Assembly (NCBI GenBank): GCA_039924845.1
Contig: JBDTAC010000054.1
Span: forward strand, 41,308-105,307
From: Bacteroidia bacterium
GTDB lineage: Bacteria; Bacteroidota; Bacteroidia; DATLTG01
Length of the DNA stretch: 64,000 nt
Direction of reading: 5' to 3'
Both the position numbers and the translations under genes were made by a program. Position 1 is the stretch's first letter; each line of letters opens with the position of its first letter. A model generated the notes under the pieces. The model had not been told where the DNA came from. It was given only the letters and a program-made list of their open reading frames with translations, and made no database searches. Positions 38,863-48,603 of this stretch are shown in pieces.

Positions 38863-39771
38863 TTACAATTCCAAGCTCAATGCCGCAATCGTGCTTCCGT
38901 AAAATTTGTATCTTATTTGTTGAGGCAGAATCTTAAACAAACTGGAATTTTCAATAAAATTAACAGAAAAATTTGACTTCAATATTTGATAAATTAGTTT
39001 ACGTAAAAAATTAATTTTATAATCCGTTTCTTTTTTGAAAAAGCTTTTATAATCTGGATTGTCTGCAAAAATTTTTTTTTTCGATTCGATATAACATCTT
39101 TGCCGTTTCGCATAATACCTTAACGTAATCTTATCATTATGAATAGATGTTATATTTAAATCAAAATACGATGGAATGTTTTTACACAAAGCGCGCAATC
39201 CAAATTCAAAATCATAACCATCTCTAAGTGTTTCATCAAAATTACCTATTGCTTCAAAAACTTCTTTTGTAAAAGACATATTAGCGGTAGTAATAACAAA
39301 ATTTTCAAAATTCACTTTTAAAGGCTCTGTTCCATTATTGGTAATTTTTTTCCACTCATTTTCCATGTGTATTTTATATTTCTCTATATCTGTTGAAATG
39401 GAATCTTGAACTGTATTTGCCGCACCAGATAATAAACATTGCGGATATTTTTCGTGATGTTCAATGTGTTTTTGAATCAAATTATCTGAAGCAATAATGT
39501 CGTCATCCAATAAAATTATCAAGCCTTCCTTTATTCTTGATAGCGCATTATTATTTGCTTTTGATGCTCCCGAATTTACTTGTGTATAAATATCTATCTT
39601 GTATGGATAAGTGTTTTTAATATGCTGGATTTTTTGAAAAGTATCATCCAGAGATCCGTCATCCATTACCAAAACATTAAAATTCGAACAAGTTTGATTT
39701 TTGAGCGAATCAAGTGTTTGGATTAATTTTCCAACGCGATTGTAAGTAGGAATTACAACAGTAATACTCAT
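38863..39771 (-). CDS. Glycosyltransferase family 2
   Basis: ITVVIPTYNRVGKL...VLVMDDGSLDDT; DDD motif. Confidence 0.85.
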   Translation of the reverse strand: MSITVVIPTYNRVGKLIQTLDSLKNQTCSNFNVLVMDDGSLDDTFQKIQHIKNTYPYKIDIYTQVNSGASKANNNALSRIKEGLIILLDDDIIASDNLIQKHIEHHEKYPQCLLSGAANTVQDSISTDIEKYKIHMENEWKKITNNGTEPLKVNFENFVITTANMSFTKEVFEAIGNFDETLRDGYDFEFGLRALCKNIPSYFDLNITSIHNDKITLRYYAKRQRCYIESKKKIFADNPDYKSFFKKETDYKINFLRKLIYQILKSNFSVNFIENSSLFKILPQQIRYKFYGSTIAALSLEL

Positions 39772-40781
39772 ATTTTTTTTCGTGAAAATTTATTTTTTAG
39801 TCTAAATTTATTAAAATAATATTTGGAACAAGCCTCTGAAATATAGAGGTTTGATTGTCTATATTTTTGCAAAGTTTTGAATCCTTTTGATGCAAAATCG
39901 GTACAAATTTCGAACCAGACCCAAGCTAATACATTGTTAAAATCACTTATCGGAAACAAAGTTATTTTATTATTTGCATTCTTTAATTTCAACAACCAAT
40001 TCTCAACACTTGTTAAAAATTCAGGCTCATAGCTGTAATCAATAAAAAATATTTTTTGATGAATGTACGATTCTTTTTTATTAGGATTAATTCCCATCTT
40101 TGAAAATAAATTGGAATGAACATCAAATACCGATGCTAATTGAGTTTCCCTTTTTACTACCGAAATTTGCTCAGCATGTTGTCTATAACGCAACATCATT
40201 TCGGGAATTAACGCGTAATCCGTGCTATCAAAAGCGTTTATCCAAAAAGCATAATCTTCTGCATGAGGATAATTTTTATCGTAATTCAGATTTGATTTTT
40301 TTAGAATATCCGAACGAAACATAATGGTTGGATGCGATAAAATATTATCAAAAAATAATCTTGCTTTAATTTCATTTGAATTTAAAATACGCTTACGATA
40401 CACTTGTTTTTTATTTTTCTGAATATAAGTACCTACAATTCCAACTCGAGGATTATTCTCAAGCAGTTGTACTTGCTTGAGAATTCGCTGAGGCATACTG
40501 TAATCATCTGCATCCATCCTTGCAATGTATTTACCTTTTGCCTTTGTTAATCCATCATTCAATGTTTCAATAATTCCACGATTCTCTTTATAGCTAATAA
40601 CCCGAATTCTCGAATCTTTATAGTTGTTTATAATTGTTAACGAATTGTCTGTAGAACCATCATTTATAATCAAAAAATCAATGTTTTTATATGTTTGATT
40701 CAATATACTTTCAATCGCTTCTTCTAAAAATGAAGATGCGTTGTAAGCGGGCATTAAAACAGTTACTAAAGGCTGATCCAT
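39768..40781 (-). CDS. Glycosyltransferase family 2
   Basis: VTVLMPAYNASSFLEEAIESILNQTY...LIINDGSTDNS; DADD motif. Confidence 0.85.
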   Translation of the reverse strand: MDQPLVTVLMPAYNASSFLEEAIESILNQTYKNIDFLIINDGSTDNSLTIINNYKDSRIRVISYKENRGIIETLNDGLTKAKGKYIARMDADDYSMPQRILKQVQLLENNPRVGIVGTYIQKNKKQVYRKRILNSNEIKARLFFDNILSHPTIMFRSDILKKSNLNYDKNYPHAEDYAFWINAFDSTDYALIPEMMLRYRQHAEQISVVKRETQLASVFDVHSNLFSKMGINPNKKESYIHQKIFFIDYSYEPEFLTSVENWLLKLKNANNKITLFPISDFNNVLAWVWFEICTDFASKGFKTLQKYRQSNLYISEACSKYYFNKFRLKNKFSRKKI

Positions 40782-41656
40782 GATGCTGGGTATATAGTCG
40801 AATCAAAATTATTATCCGGTTTTTTAAACCACTTTTTAGGTGCTACAACAATTTTATTCGGATTTGTATTGAGCCATGCACCCCACCAAGAAAATGTGCT
40901 GTTGGCAATTATATTGTGCGAACAATTTTGCATTAAAAATAATTCTTCCACTTCCCCTAAATTTTCATGGCTGACAAAAATTGATTCGGTTTCAAATTTC
41001 AAATTTTCACGACACCACGCTATGTCGTCCGAAAAAATAAATATTCCAAAAGCATTTTCTTTGCTGTAATTTATTATATATTCTAATGCTTTATCGTAAT
41101 AATCGGAAGAAAGAATTGTGTAAAAGTGATTATATTTATTAATATAATCACCCCTTCTAACATGTACAGCAATTGAATTTTTATATTTTTTAATTTTACT
41201 TAACAGATCTTGTGCAAAAGGTGTTATTGTTTTTTTTAAATGCAAGTCTTGCCTTAACTGTATTTCAATTTCTTTAAAATACAAATATGATTGCCAAAAG
41301 CCTTCTAAATAAGAATTTACTGGAATTTTAACCATATTTGAATCAAAACCTTTTTTAGATTCGATAACGTAACTGTTTTTGTAATAGGGTAATAAATTCC
41401 TTTCCAGAAATCGTTTCAATTTGGAAACGATTTGCGGGTTTAAAATTTCTTCTGAAGATTGTATTCTTGGAATTTGCTGTATTGTAAACTCATCTAAATA
41501 TAAAACACGTTTTGTTGCTCCGGCACTTGTAAATTCAGAATCATAAAAAGATACATCAATAGCAATTTGTGCGTTTAATTTTTTCTTTATGCTTAACGCC
41601 AATGCGTACTGAAAAAGCTGATTTCCTAAGCCTCCTTGAAAACGAACTACAATCAT
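40766..41656 (-). CDS. Alpha-1,2-fucosyltransferase (GT11 family)
   Basis: N-terminal RFQGGLGNQLFQYA, the GT11 motif I hallmark; ~296 aa. Confidence 0.85.
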   Translation of the reverse strand: MIVVRFQGGLGNQLFQYALALSIKKKLNAQIAIDVSFYDSEFTSAGATKRVLYLDEFTIQQIPRIQSSEEILNPQIVSKLKRFLERNLLPYYKNSYVIESKKGFDSNMVKIPVNSYLEGFWQSYLYFKEIEIQLRQDLHLKKTITPFAQDLLSKIKKYKNSIAVHVRRGDYINKYNHFYTILSSDYYDKALEYIINYSKENAFGIFIFSDDIAWCRENLKFETESIFVSHENLGEVEELFLMQNCSHNIIANSTFSWWGAWLNTNPNKIVVAPKKWFKKPDNNFDSTIYPASWISL

Positions 41657-42408
41657 TTTTTACGAGCAAGTATGTGAAATCCGAAATTCAATAATTCTTC
41701 CGATCCTTTATTTTTTTTAGAAAATTTCACAAGCATTTTATACACAATTCCAATCGCTTTGCTTTCTATAAAAGATTTTTTTTGATTGGTATATTTTTCA
41801 GCTATCGAAGTCACCCTACTCATTTCCTGTTTTAAAAATTCGAAATAATTTCCATTGGCAGTAATTTCGAGAATTTCAAATTCATTTTCGATAAGGTGTT
41901 TTTCATAAAAATATTTATTAAACCCTGAATAATAATGGTAAGGTGCAAAATGAGTCATACTGCAAAAAGGCGCAGTAATAATTAAATAGCCTCCTTTTTT
42001 TAATAATCTGTCAAATTCTTTAATGGCAGCAATCGGATTCGGTATATGTTCAAAGACTTCTGTACACATAATAGCATCAAAACTTTTGTCTGGCTCAGGA
42101 ATATCAACAATATCCGAAACAATATCCAATTTCCCATAATCCCATTGATGCATTTGCAAGCCATTTTTGACTTCATCAGGTTTGTATTGGGCAAAATCTT
42201 GCGACATATAATTTAAATGTGCACAAAAATTTTTAAACTGCTGTTCTCCTGCACCTGCATCAAGAATACGCAAACCGGAAGGGATTTTTTCCAATGTTTT
42301 TTTTAACCAAACAACTCGATTAATCTCATTTATATTATTTTGTTGATCATCCATGATTTTCCCATTTATTCTTTTTAACAAAAATTGTGTTGATGTAAGT
42401 ATCAGCAT
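41653..42408 (-). CDS. Class I SAM-dependent methyltransferase
   Basis: Motif I LRILDAGAGEQQF and a downstream acidic motif (IVSDIVDIPEPD). The true start may be the internal MDDQQ. Confidence 0.7.
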   Translation of the reverse strand: MLILTSTQFLLKRINGKIMDDQQNNINEINRVVWLKKTLEKIPSGLRILDAGAGEQQFKNFCAHLNYMSQDFAQYKPDEVKNGLQMHQWDYGKLDIVSDIVDIPEPDKSFDAIMCTEVFEHIPNPIAAIKEFDRLLKKGGYLIITAPFCSMTHFAPYHYYSGFNKYFYEKHLIENEFEILEITANGNYFEFLKQEMSRVTSIAEKYTNQKKSFIESKAIGIVYKMLVKFSKKNKGSEELLNFGFHILARKK

Positions 42409-43078
42409 ATACTATGTATCCTTGCTGTTCCAAAAAGCTAATAATATTATCGTTTTTTATACCTTTTCCTTTTTCCGAAAATGAAATTGTTTCGACGCAA
42501 ATAACTATTGGATAATTACTTTTATAATTAATCGAGTGCAATATTTCATCATCCATCCCTTCAACATCTAATGATAAAAAATCCGGAAATATACCATTGT
42601 GATAAATTTCTATAATATTTTTTAAAGTACTTATTTTAATTTTTTCCTTTCCAATAATTTTATAGCCATTTTCCTTTTGATATTCCTCCGCAGCTTCTTT
42701 AGAAAAGGTGTTAAGGGAGGATGCGGACAATTTGTAATAATCTAAATTTCCTTCTTTCAAACCAATACCAATATTCAAATTAATATCTTTTTGTCGAGAT
42801 TTTTTAAACAATTTTATAGATTCAGGATTTGGTTCAATATTAATTCCTCGGCTTCCTAACTTATAAAAAATAGCTGTATTATTAATATGAAAAGGATGGT
42901 GTGCCCCTATATCAATATAAGAAGGTTTATTAATTCCAATGGTATCAAAAATAAATTTCATGATTAAATCCTCTCCAGACTGAGAATAGGATCTTTTCAC
43001 AAATAATTCTTTAACTGTTTTCTTAAATAATGACATTATTTTTAAAAATATTTTATTTTTCAACTTGATTGTAGTCAA
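42347..43078 (-). CDS. FkbM-family methyltransferase (probable)
   Basis: YIDIGAHHPFHINNTAIFYKLGSRGINIEPNP resembles the FkbM-domain N-terminus. It is a paralog of the adjacent gene. Confidence 0.6.
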   Translation of the reverse strand: MTTIKLKNKIFLKIMSLFKKTVKELFVKRSYSQSGEDLIMKFIFDTIGINKPSYIDIGAHHPFHINNTAIFYKLGSRGINIEPNPESIKLFKKSRQKDINLNIGIGLKEGNLDYYKLSASSLNTFSKEAAEEYQKENGYKIIGKEKIKISTLKNIIEIYHNGIFPDFLSLDVEGMDDEILHSINYKSNYPIVICVETISFSEKGKGIKNDNIISFLEQQGYIVYADTYINTIFVKKNKWENHG

Positions 43079-43775
43079 TTTTATTTACATATAACTGATC
43101 TCCAAAAGATTGAGAACATTCGTTTTTATAAAGAAAAAAATTATTCTGATGCATATATTTTTCGATATCCTTCTTTAAACCTTGTTTTTTATAAAGTTCT
43201 ATGGTAGAAACCTCTAACCAAATAACTTTAATTTTATTGATCATTTGAGAAGCACCTTCCAATACTTTTAATTCTGCCCCTTGCACATCCATGTGCACAA
43301 AATCAATTCTTTCGATATTATTTTTTTTACAAAAAGCATTTATCGTATTCGCGTTGACTTCTATCGTTTTATTGAATTTTAGCCAAGCATGCGTTTGATT
43401 AACCTTTTTCGGTGGGAGTATTGAACTAGATTTATTGCCATAATTCCAATCTTCTTCTTTTTCAATATTATCAGGTATTCCTGATGACACATAAAAATTT
43501 ATTTTTCCAATTGTATCTGATAATGCTTCTTCAATTATTTTTACATGAAGTTTATCATAAGTTTTAAAATTCTTTTTTATCAACTTGATATTTTCCGGAT
43601 TCGGTTCAAATGAATAAATGTCAGCTTTTGGAAAAAGATTGGCATATCTGATAGAATCTTCACCCTCACAAGCCCCAACATCAAAAACAATTAATTTGTC
43701 TTCCGAATTAAATAATCTGAGAAGCTCGCTTTTTATAGGAATATCCGAATTTATATATTCACTTCGATCGCTCAT
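43053..43775 (-). CDS. FkbM-family methyltransferase
   Basis: FDVGACEGEDSIRYANLFPKADIYSFEPNPEN, the characteristic FkbM pattern. Confidence 0.75.
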   Translation of the reverse strand: MSDRSEYINSDIPIKSELLRLFNSEDKLIVFDVGACEGEDSIRYANLFPKADIYSFEPNPENIKLIKKNFKTYDKLHVKIIEEALSDTIGKINFYVSSGIPDNIEKEEDWNYGNKSSSILPPKKVNQTHAWLKFNKTIEVNANTINAFCKKNNIERIDFVHMDVQGAELKVLEGASQMINKIKVIWLEVSTIELYKKQGLKKDIEKYMHQNNFFLYKNECSQSFGDQLYVNKIDYNQVEK

Positions 43776-44977
43776 TCCTGTAGTATTTTATTGTTCATCC
43801 AGTCCGAATCGCAATTAATAAGTCCGGTATTATTTTCAATATAATTTTTCGTCCCGTAATTTAAAATTTCTAATTGAGACACGTCTGAATTATGATAATA
43901 ATTAAAATTGCCATTTGCAACCCCAATTGATAGGATATAAAGACCGGCTCTTAAATTGTGATTTATTTTAGTACCCACTTCCAATATGTCGCCCGTATTC
44001 ATATTCGCTTTCTCATTATTTCGTACTGTAAAAACGGGTGTATAATCGGAGGTTGTTAAGCCCAAGCCAATGGATACATTTTGTAGCTTTTCTTTCGCTT
44101 TAATCACTATTTTTATTTCAATGGTTTGATCAAATTCTATAACAAAACTATTTTCAACCGCATTTAGTAATTCAATAGATTCGAGATGAATAAATTTATT
44201 GAGACCATCTTGAAAAAAAATTTTTGAAGGACTTTCAATTTTAAAATTCAAATAATTATTAATTATTTTGACGGATTCGCCCTTTTCTTTCACTTGTCCT
44301 TTCTCTAAATATATAACTTGAGAGCATAATTGTTTTACGGCTCCCATATTGTGACTTACAAATAAAATCGTTCTGCCGCTTTTGCTCACTTCGTCCATTT
44401 TGAGCATACATTTTTTTTGAAACTCAGCATCGCCAACCGCTAGCACTTCATCAATAATTAAAATCTCATTTTCTAAAAATGCAGCTACGGCAAAAGCTAA
44501 ACGTAATTGCATTCCGCTACTGTAATGTTTTAAAGGCGTGTCAATAAATTTTTGAACGCCTGAAAAATCAACAATCGCATCAAAATTTTTCTGAATTTCA
44601 GCACGTTTCATTCCTAAAATAGAACCATTTAAAAAAACATTTTCTCTGCCAGAAAGTTCTGGATGAAAACCTGTTCCTACTTCCAATAAACTGGCAATTC
44701 TACCTCGAGAAATTATTTTTCCAGAAGTGGGTGGAGTAATTTTGGAAAGTATTTTCAAAAGAGTAGATTTTCCTGCTCCATTTTTTCCAATAATTCCAAT
44801 GCTTTCGCCTTGCATCACATCAAAATTGACATTTTTTAAGGCAAGAAAATCTTCTCTTTTATTTTTATTCTTCTGAAAAAAAGTACCAAGGGAATCACGC
44901 AAACTTAAATAAGCTTGCTTTTCGTCTTCTATGCGAAATTTTTTTGAGATGTTTTGTATTTCTATAATCGGCTTCAA
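43772..44977 (-). CDS. wzt: Polysaccharide ABC exporter ATP-binding protein (Wzt/KpsT-like) with ~150-aa C-terminal extension
   Basis: Walker A GKNGAGKST, the LSGGMQ-like signature YSSGMQLR, and Walker B ILIIDEV. The C-terminal beta-rich extension fits a glycan-terminus-binding domain. Confidence 0.85.
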   Translation of the reverse strand: MKPIIEIQNISKKFRIEDEKQAYLSLRDSLGTFFQKNKNKREDFLALKNVNFDVMQGESIGIIGKNGAGKSTLLKILSKITPPTSGKIISRGRIASLLEVGTGFHPELSGRENVFLNGSILGMKRAEIQKNFDAIVDFSGVQKFIDTPLKHYSSGMQLRLAFAVAAFLENEILIIDEVLAVGDAEFQKKCMLKMDEVSKSGRTILFVSHNMGAVKQLCSQVIYLEKGQVKEKGESVKIINNYLNFKIESPSKIFFQDGLNKFIHLESIELLNAVENSFVIEFDQTIEIKIVIKAKEKLQNVSIGLGLTTSDYTPVFTVRNNEKANMNTGDILEVGTKINHNLRAGLYILSIGVANGNFNYYHNSDVSQLEILNYGTKNYIENNTGLINCDSDWMNNKILQE

Positions 44978-44999
44978 AAAATAATTTTTTTTAATGTCA

Positions 45000-46190
45000 T
45001 TACAAAGACCAATTTAATAGTGGAAGGTTTTCTTTTTTTAGGTCATTCAAACTGCCAAAGTCAATCTTATTCTCTTTGCAAAAAGATTCGATTATATATC
45101 TCACCTGAACATTATTTCCTTTGTTAATAATAAATTTGATATAAGATTTCAAAGAATGTTCTCCGTAAATTTTCAAAATATAATTCAAACTTTTATGAAG
45201 TGAATATAAATTATCTTGCGTTAAATTAATCGCGTATAAATAGAATAAGGTGATTTCCTTTTTTACTTCTAATCGCTGTGCCCACAAGGTCAGCATAAAT
45301 GACAATCTTTTTGATTCAAAGGATTTTAAATTCCACGCCACTATTTTTTCGTCTATTTTTTGCACCAAACTTTCAAAAGTTTCTTTTTCATAAGCTTGTT
45401 GTTTCGCATGATCGTCAATTTGCTTAAAAATTTGAATGCTTTTTTTTATCAATTTATCAGAATCAATGGCAGGGACATCAAGAAAATATTTTTCAAGTTC
45501 TTCAACACTAAGCGTACCTTCATACATAATTGGAGAACTTGTAAAGCGGAAGACCAATGCCATAGTAACATCATTCTTGATATTCTGTAATCCTTCGTGA
45601 TCTGTATTCCCCAGCCAAAGCAAAAACTCACCAAGTTTTAAATCAGGCTTAACAGTCTTTTTTAACGAATGTAAAAAAGTAGCTACAATCTTTATTTTTT
45701 TTATAATTTTTCTCATCAAAAAATTATCTTTCTTGTGTGTTTTTTCGATAATACTTATCGGTTGATAAGTGCATTCATTTAAGGGAGTCCAAGTGGTATA
45801 AAAATGCTTAATGTAATCATATCCGTCTTTATGTTCTGGACCAATTTCCGAAGTGTCAAAAGGAAAATGAATTATTGGGTAAGGAAGTGTACAAAAGTTT
45901 ATTTCAGAGGATAATTGGTATGTGCTTTTTAATTTTTGGCAAATAGATTTAGCAAGTTTTATGCTAGACGGATCGTATCTCAAGAAAGATCTTACAATTG
46001 CTTTTACAAGTTCTATATACTCTATTAAATTATCATCAAATGTCGAAATAGAAACATGAAACTCTTTTTGAACTTCTAACAACGTTGTTTGTAAAAAATA
46101 ATTTTTCCTCTCAAGTAATAAGCTAAATATTTCCTTCTGAAGTTCATGTTCAGCCGAAGACCAGCCATATTTTTTCAATCTCGTTTCCAT
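45000..46190 (-). CDS. Hypothetical protein (396 aa) inserted between wzt and wzm
   Basis: No recognisable motif and no TM segment. The ORF is continuous and co-oriented within the operon. Confidence 0.5.
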   Translation of the reverse strand: METRLKKYGWSSAEHELQKEIFSLLLERKNYFLQTTLLEVQKEFHVSISTFDDNLIEYIELVKAIVRSFLRYDPSSIKLAKSICQKLKSTYQLSSEINFCTLPYPIIHFPFDTSEIGPEHKDGYDYIKHFYTTWTPLNECTYQPISIIEKTHKKDNFLMRKIIKKIKIVATFLHSLKKTVKPDLKLGEFLLWLGNTDHEGLQNIKNDVTMALVFRFTSSPIMYEGTLSVEELEKYFLDVPAIDSDKLIKKSIQIFKQIDDHAKQQAYEKETFESLVQKIDEKIVAWNLKSFESKRLSFMLTLWAQRLEVKKEITLFYLYAINLTQDNLYSLHKSLNYILKIYGEHSLKSYIKFIINKGNNVQVRYIIESFCKENKIDFGSLNDLKKENLPLLNWSL

Positions 46191-46194
46191 CCTT

Positions 46195-47013
46195 TTATGC
46201 TAAATCGGCAAAATAACTTTCTGTTTTCCTGAAATAAAATAATCCAATTATAAATAAAATAAAAGATGAACAAATACTGATAAATATTAAATTCATGTTC
46301 AACGGTTGCGTTACAATTGCATTCCGAAACAATTCAATAGCGGCATACATCGGATTTAATGCCATTATATATTTCATCCATTGATGCGTTAGAATAGAAA
46401 CCGGATAAATGACGGGAGTTAAAAACAAAAGTGCTTGTACTAAAAACGGAATGATGTAACGAAAATCTCGGTATTTGATATTTAAAGCTGCCAAAAATGA
46501 ACCTAAACCAAAAGTGGAAATACTTGCAATAACTAATCCTGCCGGAATAAAAACGATAAATTTTAAAACAGCTACCTGCGTATGAAAATACAAGAGTATT
46601 CCGATAAAAATCAGGAAACTCATTAAAAAATCGAACAAAGCAACTAATACCGCAGAAACTGGGATAATTAATCTCGGAAAATAAATCTTTTTGATAATAT
46701 TCGCATTGTTTATCATACTATTTCCAGCAGCGGTCAAGCCGGATGCAAAAACATTCCACAGCAACAATCCGGAAAAAACAAAAACAGGATAAGGTAAATT
46801 TTCGGATGGTACTTTTAAAGCTCTTCCAAAAAAAACGGAAAAGATAATCATCATAAAAAAAGGTTGTAAAACTGCCCACAGAAAACCTAAAACAGTTTGT
46901 TTGTATTTTACTTTTATATCGCGCCAAGTAAAAAAATAAAACAACTCTCGATATTGCCAAAGTTCAGCAATACCAAGGCTTAATTTTTCTTTTGGTTTTA
47001 TTTCGTATTCCAT
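46195..47013 (-). CDS. wzm: Polysaccharide ABC exporter permease (ABC-2, Wzm/KpsM-like)
   Basis: WQYRELFYFFTWRDIKVKYKQTVLGFLWAVLQP N-terminal motif and 6 TM. Confidence 0.85.
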   Translation of the reverse strand: MEYEIKPKEKLSLGIAELWQYRELFYFFTWRDIKVKYKQTVLGFLWAVLQPFFMMIIFSVFFGRALKVPSENLPYPVFVFSGLLLWNVFASGLTAAGNSMINNANIIKKIYFPRLIIPVSAVLVALFDFLMSFLIFIGILLYFHTQVAVLKFIVFIPAGLVIASISTFGLGSFLAALNIKYRDFRYIIPFLVQALLFLTPVIYPVSILTHQWMKYIMALNPMYAAIELFRNAIVTQPLNMNLIFISICSSFILFIIGLFYFRKTESYFADLA

Positions 47014-47014
47014 T

Positions 47015-47902
47015 TTATTTATTCCAAAATGCTAAATCTTTACCTATCATTTTTGACAATTCTTCGTTATACGGCTTATAAAATTCGAGTAAAAAGGTGC
47101 GCACATCCTCATCCATTGAAAGATGCTTTTCATTTATCTTATTTATTTTTCGTAAAGCTTCTCCATAATGATAAGAAGCGTGTCCAGAAATTAATTTTTT
47201 CAATCCCTTTTTTAAAGGGTTTTCATTGTGCAATAATCGTCTTAAAACGCGCGCATACAAAAATGAGCGTGTTTTTTGTGTGGGATTATAAATCACAGTT
47301 ACATTCGGCACAAAATGATCATCCACATTTATTTTTTTGAATATTTTTTCACAAATGTTTTTCGCATCTTTTTTTAAATCTTCGTAGAAAAGTAAGGTAA
47401 CTTGTTCTTTCGAGAAATAGTGATAAATATTTTTCAAATGCTTCTCGTACAAACTGTAATCAATAAAATAATCGAAACCCCAATAGAGTTCTTCGTCTTT
47501 GTGTTTTGTATATAAATCGGGTAAATCAGAAAATTCAAATTTGGCAGAACCTGCATTTTTTTCCATCAAATAGGAGGAATACGTACGCTCTACCGGATTT
47601 CGCATGATAAAAACAATTTCGCATTTCGGATTGTGCTCTTTCAAACGAATCAAGGCTTCTTCATTCGCATATAGATTTGCATTCTTGCAAATTAATTTTG
47701 TTTCTTCGGTATATTCTTGATGCGAAAAAAAAGTTTTCAATGCCTTCTCAAAACCACGACTGTATTCTTTATCATCATAAAAATAACTAAATTCTTTTTG
47801 GGAATGGCACAAACACGCAGGATGCTCTCCAAGATAGCGCAACAAGGAAGAAGTACCTGACTTTTGAGCTCCCACTATCATCACATCAATTTTTCTCTCC
47901 AT
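47015..47902 (-). CDS. PAPS-dependent sulfotransferase
   Basis: 5-prime-PSB motif GAQKSGTSSL and 3-prime-PB-like motif FIMRNPVERTYSSY, the sulfotransferase fold signatures. Confidence 0.8.
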   Translation of the reverse strand: MERKIDVMIVGAQKSGTSSLLRYLGEHPACLCHSQKEFSYFYDDKEYSRGFEKALKTFFSHQEYTEETKLICKNANLYANEEALIRLKEHNPKCEIVFIMRNPVERTYSSYLMEKNAGSAKFEFSDLPDLYTKHKDEELYWGFDYFIDYSLYEKHLKNIYHYFSKEQVTLLFYEDLKKDAKNICEKIFKKINVDDHFVPNVTVIYNPTQKTRSFLYARVLRRLLHNENPLKKGLKKLISGHASYHYGEALRKINKINEKHLSMDEDVRTFLLEFYKPYNEELSKMIGKDLAFWNK

Positions 47903-47972
47903 ATAAAAATAAAAAAATCCGTCTATAATTTATAATCTCAATCTTCTGTACTTTTGGACAAAAATCACATTT

Positions 47973-48566
47973 ATGGAATTCGTTTTTGCCAGCGGCAACA
48001 AAGATAAAATAAAAGAAGCACGTTTACTGATTTCATCTCAAGTAAAAATTTTAAGTTTAACGGATATTTTTTGTACAGGAGATATTCCTGAAACATCTGA
48101 TACCATTGAAGGGAATGCGCTACAAAAAGCAAATTATGTGTTTGAGAAATACGGCTACAATTGTTTTTCAGACGATACGGGCTTGGAAATTGAAGCTTTA
48201 AACGGAAAACCAGGCACTTTTTCGGCTCGTTATGCGGGCAATGAAAAAAATACAGAAGCAAATATCCAAAAAGTATTGTTCGATCTGAATGAAATAAATA
48301 ATCGAAAAGCGCGTTTCAAAACCGCTATTGCGTTAATTATGGGTGATGAAAAAATAATTTTTGAAGGCATTGTTACAGGTACTATTTTAAGTGAAAAGCG
48401 CGGTAATAATGGCTTTGGTTACGATCCGATTTTTGTGCCTGATGGATACGATAAAACATTTTCCGAAATGAGCCTTCTCGAAAAAAATAAATTGAGTCAC
48501 CGTGCAAAGGCTTTTCAAAAACTGATGAATTATTTGAATGAACACGCTCATTTTGCTTCAAAATAA
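47973..48566 (+). CDS. rdgB: Non-canonical purine NTP pyrophosphatase (RdgB/Ham1 ITPase)
   Basis: MEFVFASGNKDKIKE...FGYDPIFVPDGYDKTFSEMSLLEKNKLSHRAKA. Confidence 0.9.
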   Translation: MEFVFASGNKDKIKEARLLISSQVKILSLTDIFCTGDIPETSDTIEGNALQKANYVFEKYGYNCFSDDTGLEIEALNGKPGTFSARYAGNEKNTEANIQKVLFDLNEINNRKARFKTAIALIMGDEKIIFEGIVTGTILSEKRGNNGFGYDPIFVPDGYDKTFSEMSLLEKNKLSHRAKAFQKLMNYLNEHAHFASK

Positions 48567-48603
48567 TATATCTTTGCTACATACAAAACAACCTGTTTTT
48601 TAG

